A model generated the notes under the pieces. It saw only the letters and a program-made list of their open reading frames with translations, was not told the DNA's origin and did no database searches. 64,000 nucleotides of DNA, from the NCBI GenBank assembly GCA_017408045.1, contig JAFQVL010000063.1:5568-69567 (forward strand), written 5' to 3'. This document shows, in pieces, positions 47,768-55,559 of the stretch (position 1 is its first letter; every line of letters begins with the position of its first letter). The stretch comes from Clostridia bacterium (GTDB taxonomy: Bacteria; Bacillota; Clostridia; Christensenellales; Borkfalkiaceae). A program made the translations under genes and the position numbers.

Positions 47768-48387
47768 TAATGGGCGTTATAGAACTTTCATTAACGGCAC
47801 TTGCTTTGGCAATGGACGCCTGCGCCGTCAGTATGACCAACGGTATGACGGCAAAAAAATGGCGCACCTCTAACGTGTTTATTATTGCGCTGTTCTTCGG
47901 GGTGTTTCAGGGTGCGATGCCTTTAATCGGGTATTACGTCGCGCATCTGTTTGCCGAGAATTTTATGGAGATCTTTGAAACCGCTTCTTCCGTAATCGCG
48001 TTTATTCTGCTCGCGTTTTTAGGCGGAAAAATGATTGTAGACGCTATCAAGGAGATATGCAATAAATGCCCTTGCGAATGTGAGGAAGAGGGTTGCATAG
48101 GAGAGCGTTTGCACTACGGAAAACTCACCTTGCAAGCGGTGGCAACCTCTATCGACGCCTTAGCGGTGGGAATTACCCTGCGCATGGTGGAAATGACGGA
48201 AACGGGCTTGGCGCTTGGAGTGTTCGGCTCGGTGGGAATCATCGCCGGCATCACCTTTGCGCTGTGCATAGGGGCTGTGTACTTAGGGCGCGCAATCGGC
48301 AACAAGTTGGCGGACAAAGCAGGCTTGGCGGGCGGTATCGTCTTGGTAGTAATCGGCATTAAATTGCTTATCGAAGGCTTAATCTAA
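47764..48387 (+). CDS. mntP: manganese efflux pump MntP with a Cys-rich loop insertion
   Basis: LALAMDACAVS...FGVFQGAMPLIGY and the second half ATSIDALAVGITL. Loop CNKCPCECEEEGC. The start overlaps the upstream stop; the ATG at 47770 is also possible. Confidence 0.8.
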   Translation: MIMGVIELSLTALALAMDACAVSMTNGMTAKKWRTSNVFIIALFFGVFQGAMPLIGYYVAHLFAENFMEIFETASSVIAFILLAFLGGKMIVDAIKEICNKCPCECEEEGCIGERLHYGKLTLQAVATSIDALAVGITLRMVEMTETGLALGVFGSVGIIAGITFALCIGAVYLGRAIGNKLADKAGLAGGIVLVVIGIKLLIEGLI

Positions 48388-48396
48388 CAAGCAGAA

Positions 48397-48441
48397 AGAG
48401 AGAACAAATCGGTTCGTAGCCGAAACGTCTCTCTTTTTTTT
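48397..48441 (+). terminator. intrinsic terminator after mntP
   Basis: Stem AGAGAGA...TCTCTCT enclosing the inner hairpin TCGG/CCGA, followed by T8 (48434-48441). Confidence 0.7.
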
Positions 48442-48444
48442 GTT

Positions 48445-48643
48445 GGTGAAGTTTTTCCTGACGCAAAAGTGAAGTTGCTTTGCAGTGAAGTTTGTACTAT
48501 GCACAAGTGAAGTTAAGTTTGCCCACTTTGCCAAAGGCAAAACTTCACTATCCGTAGGATAACTTCACTTACACAGTAAACTTCACTTGCCCGCATGGGC
48601 AAACTTAGTTATGCGTGTTATCCTTAACGGAAGACACGCATAA
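48445..48643. repeat. mirror array 1: 4 x (A/G)GTGAAGTT, then 3 (+1 degenerate) x AACTTCACT, with palindromic mini-hairpin spacers
   Basis: Forward copies at 48445, 48468, 48484 and 48506. Reverse copies at 48541, 48561 and 48579, with a degenerate copy at 48602. Spacers are GC-TTT-GC, TGTaC-TAT-GcACA, ATCC-GTA-GGAT, TAC-ACA-GTA, TGCCC-GCAT-GGGCA and TTATGCGTGT-15nt-ACACGCATAA. All abut the repeats with no linker. Confidence 0.9.
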
Positions 48644-48919
48644 GCTGACAAGACTTGAACCTTTCAGTCTTAAAATATTATTTTGCGCGCCTTTAAGACG
48701 GTTGCGCCCTTGCAGTATGCTGATACGGCGGCGGTCGCCACCGCCTAAATTCATCACAAAATCCCTATTTTAAGATGCTGCGCAGGTTTCACGAGCGCGA
48801 AATTTCTTAAATGAAAGGATTTTCGCGCAGGAATACCGTCCGTATTGCAAGAGAAAATCCTGTACAGTTGGGGGATTTCTCGCCGTCAAAACCTAAAAAG
48901 TTCAAGTCTTGCCAGCTTA
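48641..48919. repeat. about 275-bp segment bounded by 20-bp terminal inverted repeats (19/20) with TA at both outer ends; MITE-like or structured RNA
   Basis: TAAGCTGACAAGACTTGAAC (48641-48660) versus GTTCAAGTCTTGCCAGCTTA (48900-48919). Internal nested inverted repeats include TCTTAAAATA/TATTTTAAGA, AGGATTTTC/GAAAATCCT and GCGCGAAA/TTTCGCGC. Confidence 0.7.
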
Positions 48920-48931
48920 AGGCAAGTCCTT

Positions 48932-50065
48932 TTACCGTACCGGCGCAAAGCGAACGGTAATCTGTAATTGCAACCGTTGCACGAGGCTATCTTTGAGCCG
49001 CGCGAAATGATTATTTTCATATTTTTGCAGTTTTCCGATGGCATCAAAGGCATCGAAACCGATGCTTTTGCAGTAAGCAAAGGTCGATTGAATTTGCTCT
49101 GACAAAACATTTCCTGCGTTGGTGTATAGCGCCGACTGCTTTTCTCTGCTCGAAAGCGCCTCTAAAGGTTGGCTATTTGCCGCGTCCGTCCATTCTGCAT
49201 AGAGGGTGAGGTTGATGCGCATCGTAGGCTCGTCCCCGTCTAAAAGAAAGCGAAGTTTCCTTTGGTTTTGCTTGATGAGCAGGGTGTTTTCTTCCCCCTG
49301 GCTTTGCACCGTGTATGCGGCAAGGCGCAGGGGATTTTTGATACACGAAAGAGCGAACGTCCCCTTTTCGTCCAACACGCCGATCCGCCGTCCGTTTTGA
49401 AATAGAGCGGTCTTCGAGGCGTTGAAAACGTCCCCGTCCTTTCCCGTTTCCTTAACAATCAGCGGCATATATCCACTATTCCCTGCCGAAAAGTAGGAGA
49501 TAGCGAACGGCCGCAGACTGGCGGTAAGCACCGCGCCCACCCGTTTGGGTTGGTCGGAAAGCACCTTTTCGATTGCCTCGCTGACGGCGGCCTTTAAGGG
49601 CGGCTTGGCTTGCAACAGTTCGCTTGCCTTTCCGTCGGTGGCAGCGAGTAGCGGATCGTCGGCGGCATAGTCGCTGCGCAAGAAATAATCGAGCGCATCG
49701 AACACGTTGCCGCTGCAAAGGCTTTCTCCAAGCAACAACACCCGACAAAACACCAGTTTTGGATACCAGCCCGTTTTGGCGTTGACGTCTTCCAACGCCT
49801 CCGCCACCGTTTTGCCTTGCCCTTGTACGGCGGCATATCCGTCTGCGGTTTGCCCGGTCTTCGCTCCCCCCTCGCTGCCCCCTTGCGAGGCAGGGTTGGC
49901 AATCAACGCCGTCAAGGAAAACCCGTCTTCTTCTTTGTCAATGGCGATCGCTGTGATAATGGCGGTCTTTTGCACGTTGACGAGGTTAAAGTCGTTGCTA
50001 AAAAATGCAATCAGCAAAAAGAGTAAAATACAAAGATAATAAAGAATGGATTTTTTACTCCTCAC
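48932..50065 (-). CDS. Ger(x)C family spore germination protein
   Basis: GTG start at 50065 with a GGAGG RBS (the track ORF extends further upstream in frame). N-terminal hydrophobic anchor. GerAC-like sequence as third gene of the operon. Confidence 0.7.
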   Translation of the reverse strand: MRSKKSILYYLCILLFLLIAFFSNDFNLVNVQKTAIITAIAIDKEEDGFSLTALIANPASQGGSEGGAKTGQTADGYAAVQGQGKTVAEALEDVNAKTGWYPKLVFCRVLLLGESLCSGNVFDALDYFLRSDYAADDPLLAATDGKASELLQAKPPLKAAVSEAIEKVLSDQPKRVGAVLTASLRPFAISYFSAGNSGYMPLIVKETGKDGDVFNASKTALFQNGRRIGVLDEKGTFALSCIKNPLRLAAYTVQSQGEENTLLIKQNQRKLRFLLDGDEPTMRINLTLYAEWTDAANSQPLEALSSREKQSALYTNAGNVLSEQIQSTFAYCKSIGFDAFDAIGKLQKYENNHFARLKDSLVQRLQLQITVRFAPVR

Positions 50066-51218
50066 GATGCACCTCCGTTTCTTCCCTTTTTTGGTTATTC
50101 TCGTACCTGCCCTGCCGTTTTCGTCCGAAAAGTAGTAAAAACGCAATCGGTAAAAGAACGGAAAAGAGCAAAAAGACTGGCGGCATCGCCTCAGCGAAAA
50201 AGGCGTGAAAGGCGTTGTTGTACTTGTTGCAAAACAGAGTAAAAAGCAGCAAAGCAACAGACGAAATACTTGCTATCATCCATTTTTTTCGTATGGAGAA
50301 ACAGCGGGTAAAACACTCGGTAAACAGATGAATAGGCAACGCCGTGTAGTAAAACAGCCAGACAGAAAGGGTGTATACGAGCAATAGGTCTATCCGTCCG
50401 ACGAACTTCAAAGCAGGAAAGTATTGCGCCAACTTCATCACGGCGTAATGCTCCTTTTCCCCCGTCAGCCCGAATACGGCGAAGAAAGTGGCAAGAAACA
50501 GCAGGGTCAATGCAGCGCCTACGCCAAAAGCAGGCAACAACTTTTTCTCGTCCCCGTCGCGGTATTGATAGGCGCTCATCATCGGCAATAGCAGGCCGCT
50601 ACAGGAAAAATACGCCGTCGTCTTCCACACCGCTTTTAGGGAAACGGTCAGCGGCTTTTCCATTACGGGCAGCAACCGAGTAAAATCCGCTTCGCTAAGG
50701 CTCATGCCGATTAAGCCGAGAATGGGCAAAAGAAACAGCACGGGCAAAAGGTCAGCGGCTCTGCCATAGGCAGACAGTCCCTTGGTGCAGATAAAACCGC
50801 AGAGCACAAAAAAAGGGGCGAAGATAAAGAACGTGGGCGAGGTGTCCGAGAACGCCGCGTGGGAAAACTTTTCCAAATCGAGCAGCGGCAGGACGGCATA
50901 AGAGAGTAAAAACAGCCCGTATACGCCGCAAAAAATTCGCGCGGTAGGCGCGCCGCAACGGCGCTCTAAAGCCTCTATCGGGGCAGTTTTACTGCGCTTG
51001 CAAAGGAATAGCAGGCAGCAAAACGGGATGAATTCTATCGTAAGCCCCAAAAGGGCGGCAATCAGCAAATCACCCCCTGCGTAGGCGGTTAAAAGAGAGG
51101 GCAATTCTAACAGTTTTCCGACGGGCAATAGGAACGCCGTGAAAAAGGCGAGTTGCCGCGCGGTGATGCGTTGAGAATTTGTGCGCAAGCAAGGCGCGCC
51201 AAGAGAATTATTCGTCAT
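50055..51218 (-). CDS. spore germination protein, GerAB-type permease subunit
   Basis: About 10-TM APC-like membrane protein. N-terminus ...ITARQLAFFTAFLLPVGKLL is typical of GerB-type subunits. Confidence 0.75.
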   Translation of the reverse strand: MTNNSLGAPCLRTNSQRITARQLAFFTAFLLPVGKLLELPSLLTAYAGGDLLIAALLGLTIEFIPFCCLLFLCKRSKTAPIEALERRCGAPTARIFCGVYGLFLLSYAVLPLLDLEKFSHAAFSDTSPTFFIFAPFFVLCGFICTKGLSAYGRAADLLPVLFLLPILGLIGMSLSEADFTRLLPVMEKPLTVSLKAVWKTTAYFSCSGLLLPMMSAYQYRDGDEKKLLPAFGVGAALTLLFLATFFAVFGLTGEKEHYAVMKLAQYFPALKFVGRIDLLLVYTLSVWLFYYTALPIHLFTECFTRCFSIRKKWMIASISSVALLLFTLFCNKYNNAFHAFFAEAMPPVFLLFSVLLPIAFLLLFGRKRQGRYENNQKREETEVHREE

Positions 51219-52707
51219 AGTTTTGATTTTTTAAACGCGTACGGTTCTTTGAACCGTACATATACGGGCGGCGGCGCAAACTTTCCAGCCCGAACTTCAT
51301 AAGAGAGTCCTTCAAATCCTGCCTCGACAGCGGCGCAAACGGGGCGAGTAGCGGCACGCCAAAGTTGTCCGTGGTCAGCATATAGAACAGCACGAACGCC
51401 ACGGCGAGGGTCAAGCCAAACGGGCCAAGGCTGCCTGCGGTAATCAAGAACAGCCACCGAAGAATACTGCCCGTTTCCACGAAGTTGGGGACGGCGTAAA
51501 GGCAGATTCCCGAAAAGGCGACGACGATGATGGCAGGGGTGGATAAAAACCCTGCGGATACCGCTGCTTCGCCCAAAACGAGCGCTCCCACGACGGACAG
51601 CGACATGCCGACGTATTTTGGCATACGAATGCTTGCTTCCTTTAACACCTCTAAAACGAACAGCACCAAAAACATCTCCATACTTGGGGATAGGGGAATG
51701 TCCTTCGTGCTCTTTGCGATGGTAAGCGTTAGATTTAAAGGGAGCAACTGCATTTTGAACAGTTGGCTGCAAACGTACAAGGCGGGCGCGAGTAGCGCAA
51801 TCAGCACGGAAATCAGCCGCAACGCGCGAAAAATCGTCGCCATGAACGGGGAAACGTAGTAATCCTCGTTGCTTTGAAAATCCTCGACCTGCGAAAAGGG
51901 CAGGGTTAAAGCAATGGGCGAGCCGTCCACCAAAATCCCCACTCTACCTTCGGCGAGCTTGGCGGCGAATACGTCGGGACGCTCGGTCGTGCCCACCGAA
52001 CGAAAGACAGAGTTTCTGCGTTCGGATACAAGCGTCGCCACGTACGAGGAGTCGGGCAAAATATCAATATCTATGTTTTGCAGCCTCTTTTCCACCTCAG
52101 CTTTCACCTGCTCGTTTACAATGCCGTCAAGATAGCAAAGACAGACGATGGTGTCCGAACGCCGTCCTATACGGGAAGTATTGAGGCGCAAATCGGGGGA
52201 TTTTAACCGTTTTCGCAGAAGGGTCATATTCGTCTTTACGTCCTCGATAAACCCCTCTCTCGGACCTTTTATCGCCACGTCGGTGGGCGGCTCGGCAACG
52301 GTGCGGGTGGGTAGGAGTTTTGCCCCAAAGACAAGCCCTAAGGGCATACCGTCCACAAGCAGCAGGGTGTTGCCGTCTAAAATCTCCCTGCCGCAATCGT
52401 TCAGACTTTCCACTTCTTTACATTCAGGGAAACGGCAGGTGGTTTTGACGACCTCTTTCAGTTCCTTCCCTTCGGGGAGAGCAACCTGCTGCAACGGCTG
52501 AGCCACCTGTTCTCCTAAAAGTTCTTTGTTCACCATACCGTCCGCATAGACAAGCAGGCAGGGCACGCCGTCCGCGCTTTCAAACGCGAAGGTGAGAATA
52601 TCCTCGGCGGGCAGCAGCCCCTTTACTGCCTCTTGGTTTTGTTGTAAGTTGTTCGTTAATTTTTCCATTTTCCGTAGTTTGCCGCACTCTCGTCCAGAAT
52701 ATTCCAT
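51208..52707 (-). CDS. spore germination protein, GerAA-type subunit
   Basis: GerA family core (...PTDVAIKGPREGFIE...NMTLLRKRL...RRSDTIV.LCYLDGIVN...) plus C-terminal TM helices. The start may be the ATG at 52668. Confidence 0.8.
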   Translation of the reverse strand: MEYSGRECGKLRKMEKLTNNLQQNQEAVKGLLPAEDILTFAFESADGVPCLLVYADGMVNKELLGEQVAQPLQQVALPEGKELKEVVKTTCRFPECKEVESLNDCGREILDGNTLLLVDGMPLGLVFGAKLLPTRTVAEPPTDVAIKGPREGFIEDVKTNMTLLRKRLKSPDLRLNTSRIGRRSDTIVCLCYLDGIVNEQVKAEVEKRLQNIDIDILPDSSYVATLVSERRNSVFRSVGTTERPDVFAAKLAEGRVGILVDGSPIALTLPFSQVEDFQSNEDYYVSPFMATIFRALRLISVLIALLAPALYVCSQLFKMQLLPLNLTLTIAKSTKDIPLSPSMEMFLVLFVLEVLKEASIRMPKYVGMSLSVVGALVLGEAAVSAGFLSTPAIIVVAFSGICLYAVPNFVETGSILRWLFLITAGSLGPFGLTLAVAFVLFYMLTTDNFGVPLLAPFAPLSRQDLKDSLMKFGLESLRRRPYMYGSKNRTRLKNQNYDE

Positions 52708-52763
52708 TTTCTTGACATTGGCGGCGCGGCTGTGTTATAATACCCCAAGAGCGAGGTTTTTCT

Positions 52764-53465
52764 ATGCAGGAAGTGGTACTGTCGCCCACCGAAGTAATCG
52801 AGGATATGGGCATTGACAATTTAAAAATCGTGCAGGATACGGCGCTGTATCGGTTTACTTCCGATTCGGTGCTCTTGTCCCGATTTGCCTCTGTGAAAAA
52901 GTCGGACAAGATTGCAGATTTTTGTGCAGGGAGCGGGATAGTTGCCTTCCATACGCACGCGCTGCATCATCAAGAAAAGCCCAACCTTACCTATACCTTG
53001 TTTGAAATGCAATCCCCTCTTTGCACTTTAGCGCAAAAGACGGTGGCGCTGAACGGCTTTACGAATTTTACGGTGGAAAATTGCCGCCTGCAAGAAATTC
53101 CTAAGGACTATTGCGAACGGTTTTCGTTGGTGCTTTGCAACCCCCCTTACGAGAGGGCTGGCACGGGCTTTGATAACGCCGAATACGAGAAAGCAATCTG
53201 CCGAAAAGAACTCACCTTAACCTTAGAGGAAATCGCGGCTGCGGCGGCGAAGTGCTTACAATACGGCGGCAGGCTGTGTATGGTGCATCGGGCGGACCGT
53301 CTGGCGGAAATTTGCTATGTTTTAAAGGGGCACGGCATCGAGGTAAAGCGTTTGCAGTTCGTCGCGGGTAGAGAGGGCGCAAAGCCGTACTTGCTTCTCG
53401 TGGAAGGAGTGAAGGGGGGCAAACCAGCTACCGAGATTTTGCCTACCATCATCAATCAAAGATAA
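52764..53465 (+). CDS. SAM-dependent N6-adenine methyltransferase, tRNA1(Val) m6A37 TrmN6/YfiC-like
   Basis: ADFCAGSGIV SAM-binding motif and the LCNPPY catalytic motif. Confidence 0.7.
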   Translation: MQEVVLSPTEVIEDMGIDNLKIVQDTALYRFTSDSVLLSRFASVKKSDKIADFCAGSGIVAFHTHALHHQEKPNLTYTLFEMQSPLCTLAQKTVALNGFTNFTVENCRLQEIPKDYCERFSLVLCNPPYERAGTGFDNAEYEKAICRKELTLTLEEIAAAAAKCLQYGGRLCMVHRADRLAEICYVLKGHGIEVKRLQFVAGREGAKPYLLLVEGVKGGKPATEILPTIINQR

Positions 53466-53686
53466 AAAGTTGGAGCGCGAGCGACGGGTTGCGCTCTATT
53501 TTCTTGATAAAAGCAATCGAAAAAACGAATTAAAAAGCGTGTTTTAAAAAATTTTTTCGATAATTCACGATTTATTTGATAAATTAGTGTGTTGGTTGCT
53601 TGCTTTCTTAGCAAAAAAAAGGTACAATAAATCTGTTGTTTACAAAACGGAGCAGAAAACAGCGAATTTACGAACGGAGTAAAGAA

Positions 53687-54886
53687 ATGAGTGAAAGAAT
53701 TGCCAAGAGAATGAAATCCATTTCCCCTTCCTTGACCCTTGCGATTTCCGCAAAAGCGAAGGCGATGAAAGAGGCGGGAGAGTCCGTCGTTTCCTTTGGT
53801 GTAGGCGAGCCGGATTTTAACACCCCCGACAATATTATTGCCGCGGCGAAAGCGGCGCTGGATAAAGGATATACAAAGTATACGCCGTCCTCTGGGTTAT
53901 TGCCCTTGCGTAAGGCGATTTGCGAAAAATTCAAAAAGGACAACGGGCTTTCCTACGAGCCTTCGCAAATCATCGTTTCCAACGGTGCAAAGCATTCCAT
54001 ATATAACGCTTGCTACGCGATTTTGGACGAGGGGGACGAAGTGATTATTCCCGCGCCCTACTGGCTGACCTATCCCGAGGTGGTAAAGGTATGCGGCGGC
54101 GTTCCCAAGTATCTCTACTGCAAGAAGGAAAACAAGTTCAAATTTTCCGCAGAGGAATTAAAGGCGGCGATTAGCCCTAAGACGAAGATGCTGATATTCA
54201 ACTCCCCGTCCAACCCGACGGGCGCGGTATACAGCGAAGACGAAGTGCGCGCAATTGCAAAGGTGTGCGAAGAGGCAGGGATTTTCGTGCTTTCGGACGA
54301 GATTTATGAAAAACTCTGCTATAACGGCGTCAAGCCCTTTTCTATTGCCGCTTGCAGCGAGAAGATGAAGGACCTGACGATTGTCGTCAACGGGGTTTCA
54401 AAATCGTACGCGATGACCGGTTGGCGTATCGGCTACCTTGCCGCGCCGAAGGACGTGGCGAAAGCAATCGACTCTTTCCAGAGCCACGCAACCTCGAACG
54501 CGAGCTCGATTTCGCAATACGCAACGCTGGAAGCGCTGGCTTCCCCCGAGGAAGAAATGCGGAAGATGGTAGAGGTGTTCGACGCGCGTCGGGCAAAGAT
54601 TTTGCAGTTGATTGCCCAGATAGACGGCGTTGAGGCGATTGAACCGGACGGCGCGTTCTACGTCATGCTGTGCGTGGGCGGCTTGTACGGCAAAAAGTAC
54701 GGCGACAAGGTCATTGACGGGTCGATTGCGTTTGCGGACGCATTGTTGGAAACAGAAAAGGTGGCGACCGTGCCGGGTGTTTCGTTTGGCGCAGACGATT
54801 GCGTACGCCTTTCTTACGCTCTGTCCGAGGACGATATCGAAGAGGGTTTAAAGAGAATTGCCCGGTTTGTTAAGGCTCTGGCGTGA
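53687..54886 (+). CDS. aspartate/class I aminotransferase
   Basis: I chose the start at ATG 53687 (MSERIAKRMK...). Motifs GEPDFNTP, NSPSNPTG and NGVSKSYAMTGWRIGY. Confidence 0.88.
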   Translation: MSERIAKRMKSISPSLTLAISAKAKAMKEAGESVVSFGVGEPDFNTPDNIIAAAKAALDKGYTKYTPSSGLLPLRKAICEKFKKDNGLSYEPSQIIVSNGAKHSIYNACYAILDEGDEVIIPAPYWLTYPEVVKVCGGVPKYLYCKKENKFKFSAEELKAAISPKTKMLIFNSPSNPTGAVYSEDEVRAIAKVCEEAGIFVLSDEIYEKLCYNGVKPFSIAACSEKMKDLTIVVNGVSKSYAMTGWRIGYLAAPKDVAKAIDSFQSHATSNASSISQYATLEALASPEEEMRKMVEVFDARRAKILQLIAQIDGVEAIEPDGAFYVMLCVGGLYGKKYGDKVIDGSIAFADALLETEKVATVPGVSFGADDCVRLSYALSEDDIEEGLKRIARFVKALA

Positions 54887-55043
54887 AAAGCGTGTGAAAA
54901 AAGTAAAAAAATTACAAAAAAGCAGAAAAATTTTTCAAAAAGGTCTTGAAATCGGCGAAAAAATTTGCTACACTATAACTGACCCCGATGCTGTCAAGCG
55001 GCGTGTTTTGGGGGAGAAAGATAATCTCGGAGGATTTTGAACT

Positions 55044-55451
55044 ATGATTAAAGTAATTTACGGCGCAAAAGGTACGGGCAAAACGAAGATTTTGATCGAC
55101 GCAGCGAACGCAACCGTATCCCAAGCCAAAGGACATATGATTTTTATTTCCGATTCCAAACGCGGTATGTACGATTTAGAGCGTGAAATTCGTTTCATTG
55201 ACGTAAGCGAATACGACATCGCTGGCGAGGCGGCGCTGTGCGGCTTTATCAAGGGCGTTATCGCAGGCAACCACGATAACGAATACGTATACATCGACGG
55301 TATCGTTCGCATTGCAGGCAAACCCGTAGCGGAACTTGCAAGCTTCTTCTATATGCTTGACAAGGTGGCAACGCAGGGAAGCTTGACGATTACCGTATCG
55401 GTAACCGCAACCAAAGAAGAATTGCCTGATTTCGTGGCAAAGTACGTTTAA
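55044..55451 (+). CDS. minimal stand-alone P-loop NTPase (135 aa), function unknown
   Basis: Walker A GAKGTGKT at residues 7-14 and a Walker B-like YVYIDGI. No other domain. Confidence 0.55.
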   Translation: MIKVIYGAKGTGKTKILIDAANATVSQAKGHMIFISDSKRGMYDLEREIRFIDVSEYDIAGEAALCGFIKGVIAGNHDNEYVYIDGIVRIAGKPVAELASFFYMLDKVATQGSLTITVSVTATKEELPDFVAKYV

Positions 55452-55475
55452 TTCCACGCACGGCTTAAGACAAAA

Positions 55476-55511
55476 GACGCCGAAACGCATATGCGCCTCG
55501 GCGTTTCATTA
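55476..55511 (+). terminator. intrinsic terminator after the P-loop gene
   Basis: Long stem GACGCCGA...TCGGCGTT with the inner palindrome CGCATATGCG, then a T-rich tail. Confidence 0.65.
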
Positions 55512-55559
55512 TTTAACCAAAGCAATATAATCCGAAATAGACTAGGATGGTGAATACCT

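Noticed and set aside
48445-48643. Possibility that the mirror arrays (here and at 61004-61259) are CRISPR arrays
   Set aside because: The repeats are only 7-9 bp, whereas CRISPR repeats are 23-50 bp. The spacers are 7-35 bp and self-complementary. The repeat orientation flips mid-array and no cas genes are nearby.
48932-50257. Extended 441-aa version of the GerAC-like ORF
   Set aside because: The first about 63 codons overlap gerAB in another frame and translate to Cys/Phe/Arg-rich nonsense. A GGAGG-GTG start at 50065 fits operon coupling.
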